A DNA stretch of 64,000 nucleotides, from assembly GCA_947085985.1 (NCBI GenBank), contig CAMTYL010000003.1, forward strand, positions 15,826 to 79,825, given 5' to 3'. The position numbers and the translations under genes were made by a program. This DNA is from an uncultured bacterium. Lineage in GTDB: Bacteria > Patescibacteriota > Minisyncoccia > Phycocordibacterales > Phycocordibacteraceae. This document shows positions 16,255 through 32,465 of this stretch, in pieces; position 1 is the stretch's first letter, and each line of letters opens with the position of its first letter. A model generated the notes under the pieces. It was not told the origin of the DNA and did no database searches. It worked only from the letters and a program-made list of their open reading frames with translations.

Positions 16255-18240
16255 TTAGGCGCTGGTCGCAAGACCGAAGTCCAACTCCTTTTCAGGAATG
16301 CGTGCCGCCATAAGTTTTACCTTGATAGGGTCGCCAAGCGCGTACTCCTTCTTGGTGCGCTCACCAACAATGCGGTAGCGCTTCTCGTCGTATACGAAGT
16401 AGTCGTCGCCAATATCGCGAATGCGAATCATGCCTTCCGCGCGCGTCTCTTTGAGCTCTACATAGAGTCCGCGATCAGACACGCCAGAGATAACTGCTTC
16501 AAACTCTTCGCCAATACGGCCTGCCAAGAACTCAACCTGCTTCATCTTGATAGAATCACGCTCCGCTTCACTTGCTGCCACTTCGCGCTCAGAAGAGCGA
16601 AGCGCAAGCTGGTCCAACTCGGCTACTTCCTCCTTGGAGAACACACCACCCACGGTGTAGTGCTTTACCATGCGATGGATAAGGAGGTCGGGGTAGCGGC
16701 GAATAGGGGAGGTGAAGTGCGTGTAGAAATCAAAAGCGAGTCCAAAGTGCCCAGCATTCTTCGTGCTGTACACCGCCTTTGCCATAGAGCGAAGTGCGGC
16801 CACCTTGATGAGGTACTCCTCGGGCTTGCCGGCAACTTCCTCCAAGAGGGCATTGATTGCTGCGCCCTTCACTTTGCCACCAGGTGCCATCTCCAAGTGA
16901 TAGCCGAGTACCTTTAGGAACTGTCCAAGCGTTTCAATACGATCACCATCGGGGCGGTCGTGTACGCGGTAGATGGTAGAACCGGTGAGGTGCGCCTTCT
17001 TCATCTCCTCCGTAAGGAATTCTGCCACCGCAACGTTTGCAAGAAGCATGAAGTCTTCAATAAGGAGGTTGGTGTCCTTGCGCTCCTTCAGAAGTACCGC
17101 AATAGGCTTGCCTGTTTCGTCCAACTTAATCTTTACTTCTGGGGTATCAAACGCAATGGCACCGTTCTTTACGCGACGGTCACGGATTTTCCACGCCAAG
17201 TCGCGTAGCAGGGTGAGCTCTGCCAAGAGTGGCCCTTCGCCCGTATCAAGCACCTCCTGGGCCTCCTCGTACGCAAAGCGCTTGTCCGAGTGAATCACGG
17301 TCGGGCCAAAGGAACGCGACACAATGCCTGCGTTCTGGTCGAGCTCAAAAATAGCTGACACGGACAAACGGTCCTCGTTCGGGTTAAGTGAACAAAGGTC
17401 GGTAGAAAGTACCTCTGGAAGCATCGGTATGGTGCGGTCTACCAAGTAGACCGAAGTCGCGCGGTTGCGCGCCTCCGCGTCCAGTGCGGTGCCTGGGCGA
17501 ACAAAGCTTGAAACGTCCGCAATGTGCACACCAATCTCGTAGTTGCCGTTTGGAAGGGTGCGTACCGAAAGTGCATCGTCAAAGTCCTTTGCGTCGTACG
17601 GGTCAATGGTGAACGTGGTTGCGTCACGGAAGTCGCGGCGGGTACCAGCTGCAATTTCTTCTTCCGCGATGCGCGAGAGTTCTGCGTGCCCAACTTCTTC
17701 CAGGCGCGCAGCTTCCTTCACAACACCAGGCGGGAAGTCGCTACGGAATCCACTGCCGAGTGCGAGTGCACGCATCTCCGTCTCGTGCTCTCCGGCTGGT
17801 CCGATAATTTCTTCCAATATGCCCCATGGGTACGGCTGTGTAGAGGACCAGCCTTGATAGCGGATGACTACCTTGTGGCCAAGGGGGAGTGAATCGCCCT
17901 TTACGACGAACGGCACGTACATCTTCTTAAAATCAGGCTGGAGCATCACGTGCCCGATGGAATCCTCACCAAAGTCAGGCCCGCCCGCAACGAGCGTGCC
18001 CACAAAGGTCTCGCGCGCGCGGTGTACCACCTCTACCACCTTGCCAAGCTTCTTGGTCTTTCCGGTGCGTGGGTCAGTGTCCTCGCCAGCAATCTGTACC
18101 TTTACGGTGTCGCCAGGGAAGGCGCCGCCTAGGTTCTCGCCCGGAATAAAGAGGTCGTCCTGCTCAGGATCAATACTAAAAAAGCCCTTGCCAGTCTTAA
18201 TAATGGTGATGGGACCCTCAAAGGTCTGTGTGTCAGTCAT
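16255..18240 (-). CDS. rnr: ribonuclease R (RNB-family 3'-5' exoribonuclease)
   Basis: RNB catalytic domain and a C-terminal S1 domain, 661 aa. Confidence 0.9.
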   Translation of the reverse strand: MTDTQTFEGPITIIKTGKGFFSIDPEQDDLFIPGENLGGAFPGDTVKVQIAGEDTDPRTGKTKKLGKVVEVVHRARETFVGTLVAGGPDFGEDSIGHVMLQPDFKKMYVPFVVKGDSLPLGHKVVIRYQGWSSTQPYPWGILEEIIGPAGEHETEMRALALGSGFRSDFPPGVVKEAARLEEVGHAELSRIAEEEIAAGTRRDFRDATTFTIDPYDAKDFDDALSVRTLPNGNYEIGVHIADVSSFVRPGTALDAEARNRATSVYLVDRTIPMLPEVLSTDLCSLNPNEDRLSVSAIFELDQNAGIVSRSFGPTVIHSDKRFAYEEAQEVLDTGEGPLLAELTLLRDLAWKIRDRRVKNGAIAFDTPEVKIKLDETGKPIAVLLKERKDTNLLIEDFMLLANVAVAEFLTEEMKKAHLTGSTIYRVHDRPDGDRIETLGQFLKVLGYHLEMAPGGKVKGAAINALLEEVAGKPEEYLIKVAALRSMAKAVYSTKNAGHFGLAFDFYTHFTSPIRRYPDLLIHRMVKHYTVGGVFSKEEVAELDQLALRSSEREVAASEAERDSIKMKQVEFLAGRIGEEFEAVISGVSDRGLYVELKETRAEGMIRIRDIGDDYFVYDEKRYRIVGERTKKEYALGDPIKVKLMAARIPEKELDFGLATSA

Positions 18241-18323
18241 AGTGTTGCTCTAACTCTAGCAGACCAAGGCCCTATCTGGTACTGTACCGATTCGGGCGTC
18301 CATCGCGCCCGTGGCGCAGACTC

Positions 18324-18355
18324 GGGCGGGCTCCTCGGAGCCCGCCCATTTTTAT
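18324..18355 (+). terminator. terminator-like hairpin gggcgggctcc-tcg-ggagcccgccc followed by atttttat, upstream of the rpsP promoter
   Basis: 11-bp perfect stem plus T-run. No upstream co-directional gene, so it may be an insulator or leader element. Confidence 0.3.
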
Positions 18356-18398
18356 CCATTTGACCTATAGCCAGTATTTTGGTACTGTTCCACTCACT

Positions 18399-18890
18399 AT
18401 GTTGATGATCCGATTCCAGCGCATTGGTCGTAAAAACGACGCGGCGTTTCGTATGGCTGTGCTTCCAAAGGCTTCTGGCCCAAAGGCTGGTAAGTATGTT
18501 GATCTCGTTGGTACCTATAACCCAAAGACCAAGGCGATTACCGTAGATGCGGAAAAGATTAAGGGCTGGGTTTCTAAGGGTGCGCAGATGTCTCCAAGCC
18601 TCCACAACCTTCTTGTGAAGAATGGCACCATCGAGGGAACAAAGACCGCGAAGGTAGTTTCAAAGAAGAACCTTGAGAAGAACATCAAGGCAAAGGCAGA
18701 GGCCGAAGCAAAGGAAGCAGCTGCTAAGGCAGCAGCAGACGCAAAGGCAGCTGAGGCCGCAAAGGCTGAAGCAGAAGCAGCAGCACAGGCTGCAGCCGCA
18801 GAAGCCGAGGCTCCTGCAGCTGAGGAAGTTGTTGCAGAGGCTCCTGCTGAGGAGGCTGCACCTGCTACCGAAGAAACTCCTGCTGCGTAA
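18399..18890 (+). CDS. rpsP: ribosomal protein bS16 with a ~70-aa Ala/Glu/Lys-rich C-terminal tail
   Basis: MLMIRFQRIGRKNDAAFRMAV matches the bS16 N-terminus. TGGTACTGT lies 10 nt upstream. The tail is AKAEAEAKEAAAKAAADAKAAEAAKAEAEAAAQAAAAEAEAPAAEE. Confidence 0.85.
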   Translation: MLMIRFQRIGRKNDAAFRMAVLPKASGPKAGKYVDLVGTYNPKTKAITVDAEKIKGWVSKGAQMSPSLHNLLVKNGTIEGTKTAKVVSKKNLEKNIKAKAEAEAKEAAAKAAADAKAAEAAKAEAEAAAQAAAAEAEAPAAEEVVAEAPAEEAAPATEETPAA

Positions 18891-18950
18891 TGTAGCTAGC
18901 GACACCAAAGGCGTCGCATCCGCACCCGTTGTATTACTGATTACTCTGTT

Positions 18951-19265
18951 ATGGATCCCTACTACGAATTTCTAGACTATGTGGTGAAGGCCCTCGTGGA
19001 TCACCCCGAGGACGTGGTTATCACGCAGACCCACGATAACTTCGGTGTACTCCTTACGCTTACTGTCCACCCGGACGACATGGGTAAGGTGATTGGAAAG
19101 AACGGTCGCATCGCTACCGAATCTATCCGTCCACTACTTAAGGCCGTTGGCTTTAAGCACAGTGCGAATGTGAGCCTAAAGATTAACGAGCCAATGGGTG
19201 GCAAGCACTACGACGGACAGGTTAAGAAAGACCTAAGCGACGTGCTCGGCAGCCTCGGCTCATAA
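18951..19265 (+). CDS. khpA: KH-domain RNA-binding protein (KhpA/YlqC-like)
   Basis: The GKVIGKNGRIATESIR KH motif. Conserved position between rpsP and trmD. Confidence 0.7.
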   Translation: MDPYYEFLDYVVKALVDHPEDVVITQTHDNFGVLLTLTVHPDDMGKVIGKNGRIATESIRPLLKAVGFKHSANVSLKINEPMGGKHYDGQVKKDLSDVLGSLGS

Positions 19266-19296
19266 CACAAACGAAAGCGGCCGAAAGCCGCTTTCC

Positions 19297-19965
19297 TTGC
19301 ATATGCTTCGATTCCATCTCATCACGCTATTTCCAGAAGCCTGCGACGCGTATCTTTCCGCGTCTATTTTGGGTCGTGCTCGCGAGAACAAGAAGATCAA
19401 AGTGGACTACCAGACACCGCGTGACTTTGTAACCAATAAGTGGGGCAAGGTAGACGAGCGTCCGTATGGCGGAGGTCCTGGCATGGTAATGACCGCACTC
19501 CCAGTGGTGAAGGCTATCAAGAAGTCGCTTTCTCGTCGTACCGGCAAGAACGCCATCATTTGGTTTGAGCCTGGTGCAAAAGCGTTTGATAACAAAGAGG
19601 CAGACAAGCTCGCAAAGTTTGACGACGTAGTACTCGTCTGTGGCCGCTACGAAGGTATTGATACGCGCGCAAAGTCTATCGCAAAGACACTTGGCAAACT
19701 GCACACCTACTCGCTGGGTGAAGCGGTGTACACCGGAGGGGAAGTGCCAGCCATGGCAATTGTGGACGCCGTCACGCGCCGCCTGCCAGGAGTGCTTGGA
19801 AAGGACGAGTCAGTAGAGGAGCGTCGCATTGCAAGCCGCGAGATTTTCACGCGCCCTGAAACCATTGAATGGGAGGGAAAGAAGCACAAAGTGCCTGCAG
19901 TACTCACGACCGGGAACCATGCGAATATTGACGCGTATCGTGCCAAGAAGGGCAGCAAGAAGTAA
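19297..19965 (+). CDS. trmD: tRNA (guanine37-N1)-methyltransferase
   Basis: SPOUT TrmD motifs: FHLITLFPE, GRYEGIDTR and YTGGEVPAM. Confidence 0.9.
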   Translation: MHMLRFHLITLFPEACDAYLSASILGRARENKKIKVDYQTPRDFVTNKWGKVDERPYGGGPGMVMTALPVVKAIKKSLSRRTGKNAIIWFEPGAKAFDNKEADKLAKFDDVVLVCGRYEGIDTRAKSIAKTLGKLHTYSLGEAVYTGGEVPAMAIVDAVTRRLPGVLGKDESVEERRIASREIFTRPETIEWEGKKHKVPAVLTTGNHANIDAYRAKKGSKK

Positions 19966-19986
19966 TTGCGCCATAGTTTACGCATA

Positions 19987-20015
19987 TTGACAATACCCCC
20001 GTATGGGGGTATAAT
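19987..20015 (+). promoter_or_regulatory. consensus sigma70 promoter TTGACA-17 bp-TATAAT. The spacer is the palindrome atacccccgtatgggggtat, and a UUCG-tetraloop hairpin follows in the leader
   Basis: Exact hexamers with 17-bp spacing. The spacer shows 8-bp dyad symmetry, which looks operator-like. Confidence 0.6.
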
Positions 20016-20075
20016 GCATGTGAGCCTAGCTTCGGCTACGGACGTCATCATTGCTCTACACAAGGGGAAATAACC

Positions 20076-20630
20076 ATGCGTGGTTTCGTGCAACTGTTTG
20101 CGGCCTTCGGTTTCGTCGCCGTCGCGCTTCGCGTCGCCAACGAGTATCTTCCGTTCGCGCTCGCCGGCATCGGCCTGCTCCTCGCTCTCAGGGGTTTCAA
20201 GCTCCTGGGCGAAGAACGCAACAGCCGGGTCTGGAACCTGACGAACTCGGTCAAGCCGGGCGTGGGCCACGACTTCGCGGTCGTGGGTCTGTGCCTGCTT
20301 GCCGCCGGCCTTTCACAGATGAACGTGGACGGCAACTACTGGCTGCTCCTCGCGACGCCGGTCATCGGCCTGCTGGCTGCGACCGCCGCTCTCCAGAAGG
20401 GCGCCAGCCCGTCTGATGTCGTCGTCTGGAGCGAAGTGGTTCGCACCATCTTCGCCTTCATGATCCCGACCATCGCGATGGTGTCGCTGCAGTTCCGCAC
20501 CGAAACTGGCATGGAGCTGCTCGCCGTCTCGGGTGTGCTCATGGCGGCCGCCATGCTTTTCGCAAGCGTGACGGCACCGCGGACCTTCATCCGCATCGCC
20601 AAGCCACGCCTGGTCGACCGGGTCGCCTGA
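20076..20630 (+). CDS. GC-rich multi-TM membrane protein, hypothetical
   Basis: Hydrophobic helices throughout. AAGGGGA SD-like element. GC-rich codon usage unlike neighbours. A terminator follows. Confidence 0.55.
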   Translation: MRGFVQLFAAFGFVAVALRVANEYLPFALAGIGLLLALRGFKLLGEERNSRVWNLTNSVKPGVGHDFAVVGLCLLAAGLSQMNVDGNYWLLLATPVIGLLAATAALQKGASPSDVVVWSEVVRTIFAFMIPTIAMVSLQFRTETGMELLAVSGVLMAAAMLFASVTAPRTFIRIAKPRLVDRVA

Positions 20631-20657
20631 CCCATCGCCCCAATCCAGGGGGCACCA

Positions 20658-20694
20658 AAGGGCCCGCTTCTTCTACGAAGCGGGCCCTTTTTCC
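20658..20694 (+). terminator. rho-independent terminator: aaagggcccgcttc-ttctac-gaagcgggccct followed by ttttcc
   Basis: 12-bp stem plus T-run. Confidence 0.65.
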
Positions 20695-20890
20695 TTGTCC
20701 CCACACCCATTGACGCCCATATGCCGTGCGGGGTATAGTTTCCTTACAACGAATGAGTAACGGGGGTACGGGGCAGTAGAACAAATACATAGGGAATTTT
20801 TTAACAGCGTCTCGGGAAATACGAGAGACGTGGCTCGTGGTGCATACGGGCCCGTTTGGCGTTTCTTAGAGACCATAAACCGAAAACGAC

Positions 20891-24061
<3,171 letters not shown>

Positions 24062-24072
24062 TCTCTTCTTCT

Positions 24073-27801
<3,729 letters not shown>

Positions 27802-27872
27802 AGCTACGCTCGTAGAGCAAAAAATCTGCAGCTTCGTTCTCAGGTGTCGCTCAGTGCATAGTCACTAAAAAA

Positions 27873-27916
27873 GAAATCCCCCTCAAGCGCTTCGCTAGAC
27901 GGGGGATTTCTTTATA
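27873..27916 (+). terminator. rpoC terminator: gaaatccccc-(18-nt loop)-gggggatttc followed by tttata
   Basis: 10-bp stem plus T-run, 70 nt after the rpoC stop. Confidence 0.65.
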
Positions 27917-27996
27917 GGCTCCTTGCACTGATGCTCTGCCTTCGGTTTAGCAGATTTTTCCGCTCAACTCGCTCCGTGCTGAAAGGAGAGATAGCA

Positions 27997-28030
27997 AAAC
28001 ACCGCGCCCAGGGGCGCGGTGTTTGTTTGT
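27997..28030. terminator. second hairpin (caccgcgccc / gggcgcggtg) flanked by an A-run and a T-run, probably bidirectional
   Basis: 10-bp stem. It sits downstream of the minus-strand gene 28085-28393 and of rpoC. Confidence 0.5.
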
Positions 28031-28084
28031 ATACAAATAGTTTGGGCCCGGAGCGAGAAATTAATCTCAGTCCGGGCCCGATCG

Positions 28085-28393
28085 TCAGTCGACGAGTTCG
28101 ATCCATCCCTTGCGGGTGTCGGTGCGATAGTAGCCCAGGCAGTTGCTGGGTGGCGCCGGAACAGTTCGTTCAAGGCTGGGAGAGGCTCCCCGCACATAGC
28201 CCTTGAAGATCCAGCTCTCGCCACACCCGCTCTCGACCTCGACGCCGTTCAGAACGACGTGAGCCGAAATATTGCCTTCTCCAGCGAGCTTGAACTCGAC
28301 GGCGCGCGTATTGATCGACTTGCGATCAAACAGAGCGAGCATCAAGTCGAACTTCGACGGGCCTTGGGCGATATCGCTACGAATGGTGGTCAT
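28085..28393 (-). CDS. hypothetical protein (102 aa), GC-rich islet
   Basis: GGAGGG lies 5 nt upstream of the ATG. GC-rich. A terminator follows. Confidence 0.45.
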   Translation of the reverse strand: MTTIRSDIAQGPSKFDLMLALFDRKSINTRAVEFKLAGEGNISAHVVLNGVEVESGCGESWIFKGYVRGASPSLERTVPAPPSNCLGYYRTDTRKGWIELVD

Positions 28394-28878
28394 ACGACCC
28401 TCCGGTGTACATGGTCCCCTGAATGAGGCGGGAACCGAACCTCCTTATTCCGCGAGCGGAACGACTAGCTCATACGAACCAGAATATATAAAGTATACAC
28501 CATACAGTGTATTTGTCAAGTAATGCAGCGATGCACGAACGTGTAAGAAAAGGGGAAGAGGGCCGTCTTATGTTGTATGACGGTCGTTGGTGCGGCGCTC
28601 CCTGCAGGGGCCACGAACCGCCAGTCTATAGAGTTACAGTGTGCTTCGCGCTAGGAATACAGTCTAGATATAAAAGACGGCTAGCAGGCACCCATGCGTA
28701 GCATCATAGAATTCCAGTCTTTGATAGACTCACACAACCATCCGCTTACGAGCGGGTGGTTGTGCTTTATATACAGAAGGTCGAGGCGACATAAAAGAAT
28801 GTAACGCTCGCAGTCTTGCTGACATTCTATAAAAAGGCCGCCCCGGTTGGGACCGGGGCGGGTCCTCCTTGGGCGGCA

Positions 28879-29073
28879 TCAAGTGCTGCGTTCTCCGTTC
28901 ATCTTCTTGGCGACGAAGTCGGTGATCACCATGGCGACAATCGCGATGAACTGGAAGATGCTGTGTTCGAGCGAGTCGGCCCAGGTGGTCGTGTCGCTGA
29001 AGAGATCATAGCCGAAGTTGGCCATAGTCAGTCCCACGAAGACCGCGAGCGCTTTTCCGAATGTGGCTTTCAT
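28879..29073 (-). CDS. small 2-TM membrane protein (64 aa), GC-rich islet
   Basis: AAGGAGG lies 6 nt upstream. A downstream terminator at 28829-28862 (ccgccccggt...accggggcgg plus T-run on the minus strand). Confidence 0.45.
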   Translation of the reverse strand: MKATFGKALAVFVGLTMANFGYDLFSDTTTWADSLEHSIFQFIAIVAMVITDFVAKKMNGERST

Positions 29074-29173
29074 AACACCTCCTTGTGTTTAGCCGTACTT
29101 AAACTATAGCACTTTATAGTGTTTTGTAAAGTACCCGCGCGAAAGCGCAGGTTTGGCGGTAAACTAGAGAGTA

Positions 29174-30901
29174 ATGGCCGTAGACACCGTCGAGCAGATA
29201 AAGCAGAAACTCACCATTGTAGATGTGGTGGGTAGCTACGTAAAACTGACGCGTGCAGGCAAGCACCATCGTGGCCTCTCTCCATTCAACAAAGAGAAGA
29301 CTCCATCTTTTTACGTAAACCCAGAGCGCGGCAGCTACTACTGTTTCTCCTCGGGTCAGGGCGGCGACATGTTTACCTTCATAGAGAAAATGGAGGGCGT
29401 GGACTTTAAGGGTGCGCTCAAAATTCTTGCAGACAAAGCAGGGGTGGAGATTGTGTACCAGGGTGGAGGCAACAAGGAGGACAAGGGAAAGAAGGATCGC
29501 CTGTATGAGGCAATGGCGCGTGCAGAAAGTTTCTATACCGGGCTGTTGATGGACGGAAAGGAAGTGCCAGGCAGTGCGTACGCATACGCGCTTTCGCGCG
29601 GACTCTCACACGAGACGATAAAGAACTGGGGCCTAGGCTACGCACCCGATGGCTGGCGCGGACTCCTGGAGAAATTGATGGCAGACGGATTTACCCAAGC
29701 GGAGCTGGTAGCTGCGGGGCTTGTGAAGGAAGCCGACGAGAAGAAGGGCACCTACTACGACCGATTCCGTAATCGACTCATGTTCCCGATTCGCGACTCT
29801 GCAGGGCGCACCGTTGCGTTCACGGGCCGAGCACTTGATCCTAACGACCAGGCCAAATACCTAAACAGCCCAGAGACGGATTTGTATAAAAAGTCAGAAA
29901 TTCTCTTTGGTATGGACCGTGCCAAAGACGCCATCCGCGTGCGTGGCTTTGCGCTTATGGTGGAAGGGCAGATGGACTTGCTCATGCTCCACCAAATTGG
30001 ATTCACCAACGCCATCGCGCTCTCTGGCACAGCGCTCACGCCCCAGCACCTCGCACTTATTAAGCGCTACGCCGACAATTTGATGTTGGCGCTAGATAGT
30101 GACCGTGCGGGACTCGCGGCCAGCCAGAAGAACGCCATCACCGCGCTCAAGGCTGGTATGCGTGTAAAGGCCGTACGTATGCCGCAGGGGAAAGACCCAG
30201 CAGACCTGGCGCTGGAGGATCCAAAGGATTTGACCAAGCGCATTGCAGACGCGCACACCATCGTTGAGTTTTTCTTACTGGTACTTGCGGAGAACTATCC
30301 CGACTCGCTTCGCTTGATAGTGGCGAGCGAGCGCGCCGTGCTCCCGCTTATTGCCAGCATGGAAAGCGCTATGGAGCGCGAGCACTTTGTGGGTATCGTT
30401 GCAAGAGCACTGCAGTCCACACCCGACGCGGTGCGCGACGGGTTAGAGCGTACCCGAAAAAGCATGGAGCAGGACGGCGGACCCGTACACGAGGGTGTAA
30501 GAAAAGCCGAACCAGGTCGGCTACAACAGGTGCCCATCCCAGCATCTAGTGTGGGGGAGCGGCACGCAATTTTAGTCCGAGCTATTGCTGTGAGCTATCC
30601 TGGGACAACGCTTGCCGAAAGGCTGGAAACCGAGTATTCTCGTATTATCGGCTCACCGTTTCCGGACGACCAACTGCCCGAGCATGAAGTCTTTGAGGCA
30701 GGTATCGCTTATGGCGAGAATCCGGACGAGCACGCAGCTGACGATCTAATACGAGCTCTTGAGAAGGCGACCCTCGGGGAACGCCTTGCACACGTGTCTA
30801 AGGAGCTCCGCCTCGCGGAAGCCTCTGGCGACGAAATGAATGCACGCGCCCTCGCAGACGAAAGTCGCACTCTGGCCCGAAGACTGTCGGCACTTTCCTA
30901 A
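29174..30901 (+). CDS. dnaG: DNA primase
   Basis: TOPRIM (VEGQMDLL...DSDRAG) and RNA-polymerase core domains. The N-terminal zinc ribbon is degenerate: SPFNKEK...YYCFSSG has only one of the four usual Zn ligands. Confidence 0.9.
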   Translation: MAVDTVEQIKQKLTIVDVVGSYVKLTRAGKHHRGLSPFNKEKTPSFYVNPERGSYYCFSSGQGGDMFTFIEKMEGVDFKGALKILADKAGVEIVYQGGGNKEDKGKKDRLYEAMARAESFYTGLLMDGKEVPGSAYAYALSRGLSHETIKNWGLGYAPDGWRGLLEKLMADGFTQAELVAAGLVKEADEKKGTYYDRFRNRLMFPIRDSAGRTVAFTGRALDPNDQAKYLNSPETDLYKKSEILFGMDRAKDAIRVRGFALMVEGQMDLLMLHQIGFTNAIALSGTALTPQHLALIKRYADNLMLALDSDRAGLAASQKNAITALKAGMRVKAVRMPQGKDPADLALEDPKDLTKRIADAHTIVEFFLLVLAENYPDSLRLIVASERAVLPLIASMESAMEREHFVGIVARALQSTPDAVRDGLERTRKSMEQDGGPVHEGVRKAEPGRLQQVPIPASSVGERHAILVRAIAVSYPGTTLAERLETEYSRIIGSPFPDDQLPEHEVFEAGIAYGENPDEHAADDLIRALEKATLGERLAHVSKELRLAEASGDEMNARALADESRTLARRLSALS

Positions 30902-30939
30902 GTACGATTTACCAAGGTGCGCCCCTAACTCCTTTTCCT

Positions 30940-32283
30940 ATGCCAACGAAGAAGACGGTGAAGAAGGCTGCAAAGCCTGTAAAGAAAGCTGCACCAAAAA
31001 AAGTAACTAAGAAGGTTGCACCCAAAAAAGTAGCACCTAAGAAGGTCGTGAAGAAGGCTGCTCCAAAGAAGGTGGTAAAGAAAGCTGTAAAGGCAGTAAA
31101 AAAAGCTGTAAAGAAGACCGCGCCCAAGAAGGTTGCTGCAAAGAAAACTTCCGCAAAGAAGGAAGGAATGAAGAAGGTGGTAAAGGTTGCGTTGACCGGA
31201 GCAAAGGCAAAGGCAGCTGCGCAGAACGAGACCAAGGCCGAGCACCTTATCAAGAAGGGTAAGGAGCGTGGGTACATCACCTACTCTGAAATCCTTCGCG
31301 AGTTCCCACACATCGAGGACGACGTGTCCTTCCTCGAGGAGCTCTACGAGCGCTTCGCGGTCTCTGGTATCGATATTCTTGAGGGCGGTATGCTCGAGGA
31401 CAACGCAGACGAATACCTCGCTACCCGCAACATCAAGGGTCGCGATTCTTCGGGCTACGACTCTATTCAGATTTACCTCCGCGAGATTGGTCAGTACCCG
31501 CTCTTGACCGCCTCTGAGGAGCGCGAGCTCGCTCAGCGCATCGACGCAGGCGACGACGAGGCACGCAACATTCTTGCGCGTTCTAACCTCCGCCTCGTGG
31601 TGTCTATTGCAAAAAAGTATGTGGGACGCTCTCCAGACTTGACCCTCCTAGACCTTATTCAGGAAGGAAACCTCGGACTCTTCAAGGCCGTAGACAAGTT
31701 CGACTGGAAGAAGGGATACAAGTTCTCTACCTACGCTACCTGGTGGATTCGCCAGGCTATCACGCGCGCACTCGCCGACCAGTCCCGCACCATTCGTATT
31801 CCGGTACACATGGTGGAGACCATCGCCAAGTACAAGCAGGTGTCTCGCCGCCTAGCGCAGGCGCTTGGTCGCGACCCACAGCCAGAGGAAGTTGCTATTG
31901 AGATGGGTGTAGAGGTAGACAAGATTTACCAGATTGAGAAAATCAATCAGGACACTCTTTCTCTTGAGAACCCAATTGGTTCAGACGACGACGACCGCTC
32001 AACGCTCGGCGACTTTATTGCAGACGATAAAATTCCGTCTCCAATTCAGGAATCTTCAGAGCGCATCTTGGGTGAGCAGGTTCGTGACATTCTGGACGAC
32101 CTCTCTCCAAAGGAGCGCAAGATCCTAGAGATGCGTCATGGTTTGCTCGACGGTGTGTACCACACGCTTGAGGAGGTGGGGAAGGAGTTCGGGGTAACAC
32201 GTGAGCGTATTCGCCAAATCGAGGCGAAAGCCTTGGAGAAAATTAGAACTCATGAGAAGTCACGAAGACTCAAGAGTTACTAA
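30940..32283 (+). CDS. rpoD: primary sigma-70 factor with a ~95-aa Lys/Ala/Pro-rich histone-H1-like N-terminal tail
   Basis: Region 2 [13 protein letters not shown], region 4.2 HTH, and N-terminal KKAAPKKV repeats. Confidence 0.9.
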   Translation: MPTKKTVKKAAKPVKKAAPKKVTKKVAPKKVAPKKVVKKAAPKKVVKKAVKAVKKAVKKTAPKKVAAKKTSAKKEGMKKVVKVALTGAKAKAAAQNETKAEHLIKKGKERGYITYSEILREFPHIEDDVSFLEELYERFAVSGIDILEGGMLEDNADEYLATRNIKGRDSSGYDSIQIYLREIGQYPLLTASEERELAQRIDAGDDEARNILARSNLRLVVSIAKKYVGRSPDLTLLDLIQEGNLGLFKAVDKFDWKKGYKFSTYATWWIRQAITRALADQSRTIRIPVHMVETIAKYKQVSRRLAQALGRDPQPEEVAIEMGVEVDKIYQIEKINQDTLSLENPIGSDDDDRSTLGDFIADDKIPSPIQESSERILGEQVRDILDDLSPKERKILEMRHGLLDGVYHTLEEVGKEFGVTRERIRQIEAKALEKIRTHEKSRRLKSY

Positions 32284-32465
32284 TTTTCTCCTCGCAAAAG
32301 CATCTCAGCTACGTCGTTACGGGTCCCTCGCGGGCCCGTTCGTCGTACCACTCATACGCCTCAGGTCCCGCGCTTCCCGTGCCTTGTCCCTGAGCCCTTT
32401 TGCGGGCTTTCCGGCGCTCGCGATGCTTTGCTTAGCAAATACGCTAAAAGCGATATAATAAGCAT

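Noticed and set aside
16252-16917. 221-aa plus-strand ORF overlapping rnr
   Set aside because: Antisense to the RNB domain of RNase R. No motifs.
18660-18908. Cys-rich 82-aa minus-strand ORF
   Set aside because: Antisense to the Ala/Glu/Lys-codon tail of rpsP. The cysteines come from gca/gct codons read in reverse.
27931-28206. 91-aa ORF across the rpoC terminators
   Set aside because: Crosses a strong hairpin/T-run and shows no coding signal. The interval between the two terminators (27926-27996) might instead be a short non-coding transcript, but there is no promoter evidence.
30909-31311. Phe/Ala-rich ORFs antisense to the rpoD 5' end
   Set aside because: Mirror image of the Lys-codon (aag/aaa) repeats encoding the sigma N-tail. 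It looks like a TM protein only because ttt/ctt codons dominate.
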